NCBI RefSeq assembly: GCF_036971445.1
Contig: NC_091472.1
Location: 83,886,001-83,950,000, forward strand
Source of the DNA: Narcine bancroftii
Lineage: Eukaryota
DNA: 64,000 bases
Direction: 5' to 3'
The position numbers were made by a program, and so were the translations under genes. The notes beneath the pieces were generated by a model, which was not told the DNA's origin, made no database searches, and worked only from the letters and a program-made list of their open reading frames with translations. Shown here one piece after another: positions 24,106 to 37,869 of this stretch; positions within the stretch are counted from its first letter, which is position 1, and each line of letters begins with the position of its first letter.

Positions 24106-25806
24106 CATACATCCCCTTATTTTTTTGCTGTAACGTTAATAATCATGTCTGCAGCTACTAAGACTTTTAGTTCTGGAATTCATTCGCATGAGCTTCCTCC
24201 ACCTCTTCAAGATGTTCCATAAAATCTTTGATCATGATTTTTGCTCATCTGTCCTTGCAATTATTTTTCTAGGTTCAGATCATAACAAAAACAAGATGCC
24301 AAGAGTAAATTGACAGAGGCTTAACATAAAATAACTTGCCATCCTTGTTTTGAAATGGTAGAAAAATTCTACCATTCTCAAGACTTAGTGGATTCAGTTT
24401 GCAAAAAAAATGTATTTCCTGAATTGCTAAATCTTTTGGAATAAATTATTTAAATCTGCTTTGGTTTAAATTGTTTTCAATGCAACACTAATTTTAAAAT
24501 AGCACAGTTGAAATAAAATGGCAGTGTTATAATCTGGAATCACCACTGCAGAAGGACTCAATTAATAGCCCTCAGTTTATCCACAAAAATTACTGTGTTT
24601 GGTCATAATGGGAACCATTCATTGAAATGAAAGAACTGAAAATTACCATGCTTAACCATCACATTTCCTCATTGGCAACAAGTTAAATTCCACATCAAGT
24701 GCAAACATTTCACGTTTTAGAACAAGGGTGCAACTTTGAATGATGAATACATACAGTATTTACATTGCACTAAGACAATAAGTTCCAGCTTTATTTTTCC
24801 GTTTAAAGTAATTATTCTGTCCTGAAACAATTTTTTTAATTTAGACAAGTTCCCACCTCATATATGTTCTCTATTTACATCAGTTTCCTGCCTCTTATTG
24901 CATTCTTGGTTGAAAAGAAGTGGAAGGCTTACATTTATTATTAAGTGGAAGCATTCCATTCTAAAAGAAGGGCCCAGCCCAAAATATTGACTGGTTTTTG
25001 TTTTCTATGGATGCTTCAGAACTGCTGAGTTTGCAGCATTTTTGAATTCTGCATCATCACATTCTACTTGCATAACAGCCTCCCAATACCCAATGGCAAC
25101 CCACCTGCAGACCCTCCGTGCAGAGCACCTACAACTTCAAGAAGTTCATCTCATTCTTCAGGAATCAGGACTAGCTTTTTGCTGTTGTTACAAACGTAGC
25201 TTATTTTAAAGCAACCATTTAGTCCTTAATTTGGCTGGATATTTACAATTTAATATTTACAATGTTACAATTCAGTGAGACTATCTAGGTGCAATTCAAG
25301 CTGTTAATGGCCAGCCACATTGAAAAATAACCTTTTGACCATGGGGCTACTGCAGTCATGGAAGGGCGACCTGGTCAGATACCACAAGTTACACCTCATC
25401 AAAGTATCTGTGAATTGATTCTTTTGATGGTCATGAGAATCCATCAAGCTCAGCTCGTGGCATAAAGGAGAAATGGGAAAGGTTAAGGTTCCATTATAGT
25501 CACATAATACTACATTTAGAATGTAACATGCATGAAATTCTTTAACTTTGTCTACCCTAAGGAAGACAGAAAGTCCCCACTTTGTCCAGCGTCCCTCAGA
25601 GAAATAAGCTTGCAACCCCTTGTTTACAAGACCAACGCTCTAACAACTGAGCTGTCGGAGCCTCTAGGGAATAATTCTATCATCTGATACATTAAGGTTA
25701 TTATAATGCTCATTTTGAAAGAGAAAACAATGAAGAACCCTTGTGAGCACCCATAGCTCCTGGCAACTCTTCAGCTATTGTTAGCTGAATAACAGGAAAA
25801 AATGAG

Positions 25807-26137
25807 CATTACAAGATCAAACCAGCAAGGAAGGCATATCACACAGGGATAAAGATGGATAATTACTTTATTAACAAAAAATCACCTTCAAACTTTAATT
25901 CAAAATCCCCCCTTTTATAACAATGCCCAATGGTTACTATGTAAAACTAATAAATTCCCCAGCCTAAATACAACATATGTAATTAAAGTCTAAGTTATAT
26001 TTCTAACCATCCCACAGAAAAACTTAAGACACAAAACAAACAAAAAACACACAAAACTCACAAAACTTCAATCTCAACCGAAGCAAAGATCATAAACAAA
26101 ATTCAGTTTGTTTGGTAAACTGAAGCCAAAAGATCTT

Positions 26138-26206
<69 letters not shown>

Positions 26207-26533
26207 ACAAAATTAAAAGTTGTCTTGTGTTACTTGCAGGGAGAGGAACAACTGGCTTGGTCTGGATCCTTCTGGCTGCCTTTGGAATGTTCATCCTTTT
26301 TGAAATCCCAACATTCTAAACTGTCCTCCAGACCATGACTCATGCTCTCGGCCTTCTTCCACTCCACAGCACCCCCAGTGGTGGTTTATCGTCCAAGTCC
26401 AGAAATTTTTAGATCATTTTCTGCACATGCTCACTCCGTCTCCCACTCTCTCAGCAGTCTACCTTCACCTTGGCTCTCTAAGTCAAACTGTCACTTTTTA
26501 ACGTAAAACCACACAACACAGAACTCTGTAACA
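25807..26533 (-). mobile_element. Solo long LTR
   Basis: Minus strand starts TGTTACAGAG, has AATAAA near its 3' end and an internal microsatellite. Tentative 4-bp TSD TGAG/CGAG; left boundary uncertain. Confidence 0.6.
26141..26205. repeat. Perfect (GA)32 microsatellite
   Basis: Read directly from the sequence. Confidence 0.98.
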
Positions 26534-26569
26534 CGAGTCAGAATATAGGATGGAGATCAAGAATCTGGT

Positions 26570-27632
26570 TAGGTGCTTCCTGCATAACAGTGAAGGCAGC
26601 ACACTGACGCTTCTACTTTCTAAGAAATTTGAGGAGATTTAGAGAGCCAAGGACTAAAGTTCTGGAGGAACTCAACAAATCACATAGCATCCATGGAAAA
26701 TAATAGATAATTGATGTTTTGAGGTCAGAAAAATTCAACAGGAATGCTTTAAACCAGAAAAACTTGAAAAAGGGGGTCAGGGGAGGGGGAGTCACAAAGG
26801 CTTGCAGGTGATAGGTAGATATTGGTGGGAAGGGGAAAAAGAGAAAGGTTCTGATAGATGATGGGGAAGGAAGATAGAGGGAGGGCTAAGAAAGATGATC
26901 TCTGATAGGAGAAAGGAAGTACGTGGGGTGCTGGAAGGAGGAAGGTCTATGTCATGGGAAAGAGAAGGGAAGGATAGGAGTCGGAGGGATGAGAGAAAGG
27001 GGAGGGGATTCCCAGAAATTGGATAAGTTGACATTGATGTTGTTTGGTTGGATGGCATCAATTTAGAAATAGGAGATCAAGCATTTCATCAAATACTCTA
27101 TCAAGCTTTTACGGGGGCATTGTTGAAACTATACTGGCTGGTTGCTTTTCAGCCTTGCTTGGTAATTCACGAGGCCAGGAACTTAGAAGGCTCCAGAAAG
27201 TAACAAACATAGCTAGGTCCATTGCACAGCCAGGGTCTGACTTCCCATCCATTAAAGAGATGAGTTGCTGCGTTAAGAAGGTAGCAAACATTATAAAGGG
27301 CCCCATCACTCCTGATCACAACCTCTTCTCACTGAAATGTTCAGGTAGAAGGTATAGAAGACTAGGTTTAAGAACAGTTTCTTTCCAACAGCTACCAGAC
27401 TCTTGTTACACTAATCATAGACTGCTCTGACCACAAAAGGACACTCGCACAAAGGTAACACCATTTTTATTTCTCTTGCACAATATTTATCAACTTATCT
27501 TTTGTATTTATTACCTCTTTTTAATCTTTTGTATATTATTGCAGTTTTTTATGAAGTACCTACTTGCCTGCAGCAGGAATTTTGGTGCACATGTGCATTG
27601 TACAGTGTCCATGACAATAAACATAATTATTC
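26570..27632 (+). mobile_element. Rex1/Babar 3' fragment split by a Penelope piece
   Basis: ..LYFLRNLRRF | ISSNTLSSFYGGIVETILAGC..RRLQKV..HNLFSL..SGRRYR, with tail gacaataaac. Confidence 0.8.
26641..27075 (-). mobile_element. Penelope-like 3' fragment
   Basis: gttctggaggaactcaac..gcatccatgg followed by a purine-rich tract, as in the other Penelope copies. Confidence 0.7.
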
Positions 27633-28036
27633 CTCAACAAGTAAAGAACAGAGGATATAGTAGTCCACTCAACCCTCAAGCGCACCCTGCCAATCAATAT
27701 GATCATAGCTGATTTATGCTCACCTCAAATCCTCTCTGTGCCAGTTTCCTATAACCCTCAATTCATTGATCTTTCAAATATATTTCTTTATCTATCTTAA
27801 ATATTGAATGTTCTGACTTTTAATACTCTCAGAGACAAAAATTCTTGAGATGCAGTAACCCTCTGAAAGTTGTTTCTGTGCATCTCAGTTTTAAATAATT
27901 ATTTTGTTGCCATAACCCATTATTCATGTCTTTCCCACAAGTGGAGGCATCTCAGCATCCACCCTGTTAAACCCCCTTAGAAACTTATGCTTTAATAAGG
28001 TCATCCAGAACACAGACACACAATGTCCCCCCACTC

Positions 28037-28329
28037 CAGTGGTTTTCAAACTCCACTCCCCCACCAACTCACATTCCACCTTGAGCAATCCTTATGCCAC
28101 AAGTCCTCTGTGATTAGTAAGGGATTGCTTAAGGTGGTATGTGAGTGGGAAAAAAAAGGTTGAGAATCACTGCTCTAGACCCAATTGTTACTGAAATATT
28201 TTGCTCGAGGAAAAATTGTCATTGACTTTTCCTTTGGAGTTACGAAACTGAGAACACCGTTTAAAAACAGTGGCATAGGGATTGCTTAAGGTGGAATATC
28301 AGTTCAGGCGAGTAGTTTGAAAACCACTG
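28037..28329. mobile_element. hAT/Charlie-type MITE
   Basis: Perfect 16-bp TIR CAGTGGTTTTCAAACT / AGTTTGAAAACCACTG. No 8-bp TSD preserved. Confidence 0.85.
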
Positions 28330-28436
28330 GTCTAATCTTCATCATCTCTGGAATTACCTTCAATGCTACTTAATGATTTATTAAAGGTATAAAAAATGGG
28401 TGCAACAGCCCAGGTGTAGCTTCATTGGCACCCTGT

Positions 28437-28701
28437 TTTTTTCTTTGGCTTGGCTTCGCGGACGAAGATTTATGGAGGGGGTAAAAGTCCACGTCAGCTG
28501 CAGGCTCGATTGTGGCTGACAAGTCCGATGCGGGACAGGCAGACACGATTGCAGCGGTTGCAGGGGAAAATTGGTGGGTTGGGGTTGGGTGTTGGGTTTT
28601 TCCTCCTTTGCCTTTTGTCAGTGAGGTGGGCTCTGCGGTCTTCTTCAAAGGAGGTTGCTGCCCGCCAAACTGTGAGGCGCCAAGATGCACGGTGCAAACC
28701 G
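28437..28701 (-). mobile_element. Young RTE-clade LINE 3' end
   Basis: FEEDRRAHLTDKRQRRK..FPCNRCNRVCLSRIGLVSHNRACS* (RTE C-terminal zinc finger). 11-bp TSD TGGCACCCTGT at 28426-28436 and 28702-28712. Confidence 0.93.
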
Positions 28702-29619
28702 TGGCACCCTGTACAATTGTAACAAAACCTCCATTTTCTTCAATTCCATACCCTTTACAATCAAGGTCCACATGGGGTTTGTCGTTGGACCTGGCTACTA
28801 ACAGTTTTAATATTTGTACACCAGAACATTGAGATCCTTCTGAACCTCACTCATTTGCAGCATCCATCCATTTCAATCAAAAACTGCCTCCTAATTCCTC
28901 TTACCGAAGTGTATACATAACTTTTCACTTTCTCACATTAAATAACATTTACCAGATTTTACCAAAAAACTCCATCTATCTATACCTTGTTGTAGAATCA
29001 CAATGTTCTCATCACAACATGTCCACAGGTATTTGACCACTGAATAAGCAATCATTGTCTTTCTTTATTAACTAATATTTGGCCAGGATTTTGGCACTAT
29101 CAATAGTTTTAATTATCAGCCATTAGAGATAACTCATGATATTGTTCCCAAATTTTGTTCTCAACTGCAGTGGAAACATATTATTCATATCTATACTTCC
29201 AAACTGATTCACACCCTGAAGAACGAGAAGACAAACTCTTTGGCCCTCTCCCTTTGAGTAAGAAGCCATAGTCCTTGGATTTTCAGAAAAACCTCTCAAC
29301 TAAGATAAGAAATTATTTTGATTCTAATTACCACATTGTTCTGGTTGCACAATAAGTTAGGAGTACAAGCTTATTTTAATGAAAATTAAAGAGAGATAAC
29401 AATGTCAAAAGAGAAAGGATTGTAACTACCAGAAAGCTAAAATAAAAACAGAACCCCTGATGAAAGGTCATTAACCTGAACATTGAAATTGATTCTTTTC
29501 CACCAGGTCAGAAATTCACTCGAATGATAATGGGGCTAAAGGATTGAATTGTGAATTCAGATTACATTGAGTACAGAAGATTATGATTGGATCAGTGTTT
29601 AAGATGTTTAAAGAATTTA

Positions 29620-30412
29620 AATGTTGTATGGCCTCCACTGTTTCCATAAATAATGGGCCTATGTCATTTGTCATTTAGAGCTCACAAGTCAACAGAAAAA
29701 TAGATCAAATAAATATCAAGAATTCTATGGGACTCGTTTTAGCAGTAGCCAGGATATTCATAGCAGTTACTTGGAAATCTGATTCCCAACTCGGTTTAGC
29801 CTGCAGGAAGATAGAACTGAATAATTGTATTCCCCCTGGAGACGATCACCAATAACCTCAGAAACAGGTATGATGTATTTTTAAGAATATGGAATTCTTA
29901 CCTAAGGTACATCAGGGTAAATCTTTAACTATTTCCCCTTCCTGGCTTCCCCCCCCCTCCCCCCCAGGTGCTCACAGCACCATAGACCCTTGACAAGTCA
30001 GGTTATTTGTCCTGTGATGGGAGTGGGATATTTTCTAGGTGAAGCCATTCTTTTATTTTTCATATTCTTTCTCTTTTCTTACTTTTCTTCATTTTCTTCT
30101 TTCTTCTTGTTTCTTGCGGGGGGGGGGTAATGAGGGTTCCTCTTATTTTGTTCTTTCTACGGCCTTTTTCTCCCTTTGGTTCATCATAGTCATTGAATTT
30201 GCATTTTTGTAATATTATTGTAATTTTTCTTTCAATATAATAATTGAATCACGTGTTGATTCTTTTCTTTCTCTTACTTTCTTTAATATCGACCTGCAGA
30301 TCAATATTTGTAATATTTTGTCAATATGGATATTGATGTTTTACTTTTTGATTATTCTTCACTTTGACTGCATGTTGATTGAAAATTCTCAAAATAAAAC
30401 ATTTTAAAAAAA
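29620..30412 (+). mobile_element. L1-clade LINE 3' end
   Basis: LAVARIFIAVTWKSDS..ELNNCIP..FLRIWNSYL, then a T-rich UTR, AATAAA and an A-tail. Confidence 0.75.
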
Positions 30413-30781
30413 GAATTCTCCAGGATTAAGTGAATATTTTTTTCCAGAATATTTTTCACAACTGAAAACCATCCCAAAGTGTTTTAACAGTAATAACTAC
30501 ATTCTGAGGTGCTACCATTGATGTAGCACAGAAAAGCAGCCAGAAACATCCTTCATGAATGAAAGTCTGTGTAAAGGCAAATTTCTAGCAGGAAAAACAG
30601 AATATAATGGAGGAGTAGTGTTTTCAGTTAGAATTATTTTTGATGCTTTCCTTCTTAAAACAAAAGATAGTGGTTATCAGAGATGATTGTAAAGGTTAAA
30701 ACATTGTGTTTGTGATTTGTGTTGTCTTATGACCATCCCTTTAAAGATAAATTGTTTTTGTAGTGTTACCATAGTTACTAT

Positions 30782-31782
30782 TGTGACAGAGTATATAATT
30801 ATATATAGATATGTTTTGGGGAGATAAATTGGGAAAGGTTTGTTAGAGAAGGTCATATACAAACACTTTAAAACAGATCTTATTTGAAATACTGGAGCTC
30901 TGCTAATGCTAGACATATCGGGGGCTCAACAGCTTTTGCAAGAGTTTTGAAGAGTGCTCAAGAGACTTCACTAATGGATTTTTTTTAACCAAAGGGAACA
31001 GATGAAAGAGCATGCTGGAGCCGCTGCTGTCTGGAAGAGAGCTTGCTGTTGTCAGAGGATCATTTGGTTTTGCAAGCAGAGAGAGAAAAAAATAGACTTT
31101 CTCTCAGAGAGAGAGAGAGAGCGAGAGAGAGATCATTTGTACATTATTACAGCCAGCAGAAGTAGCTAGGACTGGAACAAGACAAGCTGTCAAGCCCTTG
31201 TGGAAGACAGTCTGGTCAAAACTCTTGTGGTTCACGCAAGAGGAGAGGACTGGGCTGTCTAATGTTTCATTTGGAATAAGGGAAACAGAAATGAACTCTG
31301 TTTCTGTTATCATCTGGAGAACCCTGAAGGGGCAAGTTTTGTCAGTAAGACACTGAGGTGACTGATGGAAGTACATCAGTTATGGGTGTCCTGGAACAAC
31401 AAATATTTCTCTCTGAGAACCAACAATAACCTTCCTGAGTGGTAACCATTTACCTTTCAAGCACCAAAGCCTGGTGAACTTTATAAATGTTAAATTCTGT
31501 GCACAGTATAAGAATTCCCTGCAACCAGTGAACTTGGAGGAATGAGAAGTGAGATTGGATTGTGAATCAAATAACTTTTCTGAACTTAAACACACATTAC
31601 ACACACGTACGTTTAGAATTAGAAGGGGGTAAAGTTAGGTTAGTTAAGTCAATAGCGATAAGTTAAAGTGTGATTCTGTTTTCATGTTTAAAGATAATTA
31701 AAAGCAACTTTTGTTTAAGTAACCATTTGTCTTGGTGAATATCTATTGCTGCTGGGTTTATGGGTCCTCTGGGCTCGTAACA
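30782..31782 (+). mobile_element. Solo long LTR (1001 bp)
   Basis: TGTGACA...GTAACA with a perfect 4-bp TSD CTAT (30778-30781 and 31783-31786). Internal (GA)n near 31107. Confidence 0.88.
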
Positions 31783-33879
31783 CTATTTACATCATATGTG
31801 GCAATATCCGTGCGGTCTGGGAGTTTTCTTCTCATTTTTAGAATAACCATGGAAGAAGTAAAATACTCCTTTTTTAAATTTGTCTTAATTCATTCTAATC
31901 ATCTTAATAATCATTTTAATTCGTATGATTGTTTGAAGTGGAATATTGTTATAATTTTACAGTATGCTTTATTAATTTATCATTATGAAAATCTTGATGC
32001 AAAGTTATGCTAAATGTTTAATTGTTATCAACAAATTAAAGTGACTTACAGCTGAAAATACAAAGCTTGGTTTATTGGTGTGATAAGACAGTCATTCGGA
32101 ATATCGGTGCTTACATTTCCTAGAAGATGACATCTTTTGAAATTGTGAAATATGAGAGATCAGAAAGTGTCATCTACAGTGATATCTTATCTGCATACTT
32201 AACCAAGTATAAACATGTGTACTCAATAACATTTACCACAGTTCAAACCATTACATGCAGAAATTTAATCTTATAATGGTTTTCAAAGGTGATATGTTGA
32301 GAACATTAAAAATAGGAGATGCAATAGACCATTATATTTTCACGCCTACTTTGCCTTTCGTTAATATTATGCTAATCTTCTACAAAGCACCATCCCCATG
32401 TCCACTTATTTCCAGATATTCGTCTGTAATTTTTTTGATTGTATTGGGATTTCAAATACTGCTTCAATATATTTTTGGGAGTTTCATTGCAACTATATTT
32501 CCACCACTGAATACCAATGACATCTTCAAGCCATGACATTCTCCAAAATTTTGAATTACTAATTCAACTTTTTCTTTTAAACACTATTCCAACACATCTG
32601 CTTAAATATAATGATGATACAGAAACTTCTAAAAAAAATCATAATATTGCCACTATTTTGTTATGCCTCTTGTTTCTGCAATTGGAGTTCTGAAATTTCA
32701 TATCCAAGGGACTCCCAGATAATGCTGGAGAACTGAAGTTGGAATACATGAATTGGAGGTAACTAGTTTGATTTTCCTCACTCTCACCAACCTCAAAAGT
32801 TTATTCTAAAGAAATTTCAAACATAAAGACAACCATCTCTCTTCCAAAGAGAAGGAAAATAGATTGAACAGTGGGTGGCATTTGTCACTTCGCCTGGTTA
32901 GGCCTGAAATTTTCAAAAACTTTTTCTGCCCAATAGATGATCTACAGATCCATTCAAAATTTATTTTGTAAGTTCTAATTTTGGGGATTTTAGCCTTGTT
33001 CAAAACTAAAACTAATTTGAGTTTAAAATGCTTTTGTTTTTCCCCAATGGCCCTCAGATTTAATCAAATTTTTGCATGAATCTGACCACAACCCTGTGTG
33101 GCATTTTGAGGAATCCAATTTCCAATAGATGTCTGAGATGCAAATGTGATACTGACATCCATGACCTTTTGAAATATCATCTCTGCTTCTCATTTGGTTG
33201 ACTAAAATAGGAACACAAGCATGTTACATTTTCAGTGGAATATTGATGCAAATTTAAGTAAAAAATACCAATGCCAAATATAATTTACCAAGTTACACTG
33301 ACAACTGTTGAAATGTGCATTCATTTTACTATGTAAAAATAGCTAGATTTATTGAGGTTACAGAAAATATTAGGTGTGATTAGATGCTCATAAATATTAT
33401 GCTTGTGCTGTCTTTAGAAATGCAGAAGAACTGAGTGGAATTGGGTCTGATAACAGCTTTCTATCAAATTAAGGATAAATATAATTTTCTGGGGCAGCAT
33501 CATATTGGATTCAATTCTATTTATTTTAGAAAGGGAGCGGGAGGAGATGTTACTTCCTGCAACAATATTTGCATTCGAAAACTTGCTCAACGGGAGGAAA
33601 TAGAAAAATGTCCTTATATTCCTATGTTAACTTCTCACCATTTTTGATAATTTTAAGGGAAACTGAGTTTACCAGTCCAGGAATTCCTGGCTGCCTAAAA
33701 GGCAATCCAGCAGGACAATTAAGTTCATGTTAGCCATATCACCCACTGCATATTTTCATTGTGTCTGACACATGTGTTTATAACTGAGAATAAGATGCCT
33801 AGTTCCAGATTAAGAATGGAGTCCGTTAGTGAGAAAGGATGGTAAACAATGAGCAGATACAGATGTAGTTTGAGGTTGA

Positions 33880-34290
33880 GTTACCAAGGGAGATCATTGG
33901 ATAGGATGAGGTGATGTTGCAAATCAATATCATCAATGGACAATTATGTCAAAGGCACAGGATGGCCATGAAAAAAAATCTTGTGGAGAGCTTGAGGGAC
34001 CATGGTTTCATGAGATTGAAAAACTGGGTGAGGGCATTGAAGTATCATGGCTTTGCTGCTTTGGGATGCAGCAGAGAGACCATGGAGATCAAGGTTAGAA
34101 GATCAAAGGGTTAAGGCTTAAGGCTTGTGCAATGATAAAAGGATTGGAATTAGGAGTCTGCAGTTTGTGGTTGAGTGGGGTCATTAGTGTTTGTGTGGAG
34201 ACTTGAAAAGTGAAGGGAATTATCTTATTTGGGTCACAATCTAGGATTGTATTCATAAAATGTGGTTACCTCTAGAGTTCTCATTGAAGG
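33880..34290 (-). mobile_element. Ancient L2-like LINE fragment
   Basis: Purine-rich decayed sequence resembling the reverse of an L2 endonuclease region. Weak support. Confidence 0.35.
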
Positions 34291-34810
34291 TCGAAGTTCC
34301 TTTGGCAATGTTCCAAAAATTAAGTAGCATGGGAAATAGCATTGCCCCTATGCACGAGTGATGAACTGATTACATTAGTCATATAAGGTGACTTAAATTT
34401 GTAAGTACCCTTTCAAGCTTCCAGAGTGACACAAAAAGAAATGACAATGCTTTTTCACATATTCAATTTGCAAAATGCTGATAATAAAATATCCAATTAA
34501 ATTTCTAAGCAACTATGTGGCATTTTGCCTTAAAATCCCTCTGTAAAATCAGCCCTCAATTTTCCTGCAATCTCTTCCAGTCTTATAACACTGACATTAC
34601 TGTATCCCTCAAATTCTAATCACCTGATATCCCTAAATACAATCAATGGCAGCAATATAATCAGTCCAAAATTCCAGAATACCTTCCCTAAATCTCCTTT
34701 CTTCCCTCTTTTAACTAATGATCATCCATCCAAATATTTCCCATGGGCACAGTGTCTTAAGTGGATTAAATCATTTTACCATGCTAAAATAACTATACAA
34801 ATGCAAATTA

Positions 34811-35125
34811 CAGATAGTCCCCGACTTCCGAACTATGTAACGTACGATCATCTGTATATAAGACCCAAAAGAAAATAACAGCTGCATGTGTTCTTGTGAG
34901 CGTGGGCGCGTGATGTAAGTGCGGTAAGCTCGCCAAAGAAAATAACAAGAGGAAAATCCCATCCACTGCTGATAGATCCCCTGCTGATCCTCGATTTGGA
35001 ATTGAAAATTTAGGTAATCAACCAATTTATGACATCCACACGCCATGCTAACATACTTACGACTTATTTTCGAGATACAACCAGTTGGTGAAAACGGAAC
35101 ACAGTCATAAGTTGGGGACTACCTG
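34811..35125. mobile_element. Tigger/pogo-type MITE
   Basis: TA flanks; TIRs CAGATAGTCCCCGACTT / AAGTTGGGGACTACCTG. Confidence 0.88.
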
Positions 35126-35309
35126 TATTATGCCTTTATTCTCACTCTCCAAATATTGTCTTGAATTCAAATCTGAATATGTTATTAACTGTTGAAATAT
35201 ACTGGGGGATTGTTTTGGAGCACTTTCAGGATTTAACTGTCTCCAGAAATTTCAAGCGAACCCTAATCCGGATTGTAAAAGAAATGAGGAATGCTTGAAA
35301 GCACTTTGC

Positions 35310-36535
35310 CTGTACTTGTTGGAATTTAGAAGAATGAGGAAAATGTTGAAAAGGGATGGACAGTGTAGATGTAGAAAGCTTGTTTCCCATGGTGTGAGAG
35401 TCAAGGACAAGGCACTACTTCAAGATCGAAGGGTGTTCACTTATATTTGAGATGTGGAGAAATTTCTTTAAACAGTGGGTGGTGAATTATTGCCTCAGGT
35501 GTAAGTGTATTTGAGACAGAGATTGATAGGTTCTTGATTAGCCAGAGCATCAAAAATTATGGGGAGAAGGCTGGGATACCCACCTGTTTCAAACAGGCTT
35601 CATTCATACTGGATCCCAAAGAGTGTGGAAACCTACCTAAATAACCACCAACCAGTGGCAATCACATCCACAGTGATGAAGTGTTTTGAGAGACTGATGG
35701 TGAAGCTCCTGTTTGAGTGGTGGCATAGATCTGGTCCAATTTGCCTAATGCAGCAAAAGGTCTACCGCATATGCCATCTCAGTGGCTCTGCACAAAACCC
35801 CAGAATTGGACAGCAAAAATGCACACATCAGGATGCACTTTATCGATTACAGTTTGCCATTCAATGCCATAATCCCTTCAAAATTGATCATCAAACAGCA
35901 AGAACTGAGCCTTAATACACCATTAATTTGATCTTGGATTTCCTCACTTCTAGACCTCAACCAGTGAGGTTTGATAAGAACATCTTCTGCACAATCTCTA
36001 TCAGTACCGGAGAAAAAAAAAGCTCTTGAGGTTTGGTATAACATCAAAAACCTTGACGATCTTCTACAGATATGTAAATGCAAAGTCTTCTGACTAGCTG
36101 CATCACAGTCTGGTATGAGGGTACCAATACCTCTGAGCAGAAACCCCTGCAAAAGGTAGTGGTACAGCCCAGTACATCACAGGCAAAACTCTCTCCACCA
36201 TCAAGAGAACTCGGAGAGAGTTGCAGCAATCATCATGAATCCACATCAGCTAGGACATGCTCTGTTCTCACTGCTGCCATCAGGAAAGAGGTGTAGGTGT
36301 CACAAAACATAGTTTTTTGGACTACCTATAAGCAGGAACTCTGCCTGGCCAGCAGGAAAAACAATCTCAACATTGTATATGATATAATGTGTGATCACTG
36401 ACAATAGATCTAGGACCTTTAAACTTTTGAGTGGGGCTGAAGCAGAGTGGGCGAATGGATCAGCTCAGGATTTAATGGAAGGGCAGACTCGATGGGCTGA
36501 ATAACCTATTTCTGCTCTTATGTCTTATGGTCTTA
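35310..36535 (+). mobile_element. CR1 3' end (35310-35574 and 36429-36535) interrupted by Rex1
   Basis: ggggagaaggctgg | gagtggggctga..gatgggctgaataacctatttctgctc reads as one contiguous CR1 tail. Confidence 0.8.
35575..36428 (+). mobile_element. Internally deleted Rex1/Babar LINE
   Basis: PTCFKQAS..LNNHQPVAITSTVMKCFERLMV..LTSCITVWYEG..LQKVV..LLPSGK. Confidence 0.85.
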
Positions 36536-37869
36536 AATGGAATCCATATAACAAACTAAACCTTGGACTTGACATTCTCATCAGGCAATTTTACTCAGAT
36601 GGCTTGTTAGAAATATGATTGATGGATGAAGAGGAAGGATTGTGCCAAGGAAACTAGTGCTTGTACTGCAGGAAACCAATCTTGAACCTATTTGAATTTG
36701 AAATATTTCACTTGCAAATGCTTGATTACAGAACTGCATGGCCAAGGAAGAAAATTCTTCACTTCCAGCAATGCTAACCATACATTTAAGATGTCAATAC
36801 ATGGAAAAATAAATATGACAGTCATAATTCAACCTTTATAACTGAGCAAACATTTACTCAGCTTACCAATTTTCATAAAATACTTTCTCTGCTCTAAGTA
36901 AAGATGTTCAGCACATTTTCTTAGGTATGGAGAGGAGCTACCATTAGATTTTTACAGAGTCGTTAGCTTTTTAACTCCTTAAAGTGTTTTTTTTTCCCCC
37001 AACACATTCTATTTCATGTAACCTGATACAGGAACTGGTGCAATTTGTCCAAAATTAGTGAACATCAGTCTGAAGGATTGAGGAATTTCAGGCACAAAAT
37101 ATAATTCACCAAGTTATCATGACAAAAAAGTATCATGAAGCATTTATAAATGTAAACATTACAAGGTTATAACATCGACACGACTAAGTTTATTGTGAAT
37201 TTTAGGAAAGGGAGGCAAGAGGACCACACATCTGTCTTTATTTGTGGGATGAAGAGGACCTTCAAGTTCCTTGGGGTCCACATACTGGAGGACCTCTCTT
37301 GGAGTCAACACTCAAAACAACTGTGAAGAAGGCACACTGATACTTCTACTTTCTAAGTCTGAGGAGATTTGGCATATTGTTAAATACTCTATCAAACTTT
37401 CACAGGAGTATTATGGGAAGAATACTGACTGGTTGCTTCATAGCCTGCAAAAAGTCACCAATATAACCAAGTCCATCACGGGCTCTGACTTTCCATCCAT
37501 TGAAAATATCTGTGAGGCACTGCCTCAAGAAAGCACCCAACATCATAAAGGATGCCCTTCACCCTGGTCATAGCTTCTTCTCATACCTTTGGGAAGAATT
37601 TCCAGAAGCCTGAAGTCCAGCATCTTTAGGTTCAAGTTTTAATCCAACAGCTATTCAGTCCTTGAACCTTCCCATACTAACCTAACCATAAACTACTTTG
37701 GGACCATGAAAAAGAACAATCTGCAGCACTGAAATTGCCATTTTCTTTCCTTGCACTAACTGTATATTTATCTACCAAGCCATGATATTTATTACCTCTC
37801 TGTACTGGGGTAATTTATTGTTTACTAATGTAGCTGGTGTATCTTATGTAACAAGTAAGAATTGCAGTG

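Larger units (their letters stand above)
27645..29030 (-). mobile_element. Old CR1 fragment hosting two younger insertions
   Basis: Reverse CR1 tail at 27645-27720, with CR1-like sequence on both sides of the hAT and RTE inserts. Confidence 0.65.

Noticed and set aside
26103-26338. ER-repeat and SL-repeat ORFs
   Set aside because: Translations of the (GA)n microsatellite.
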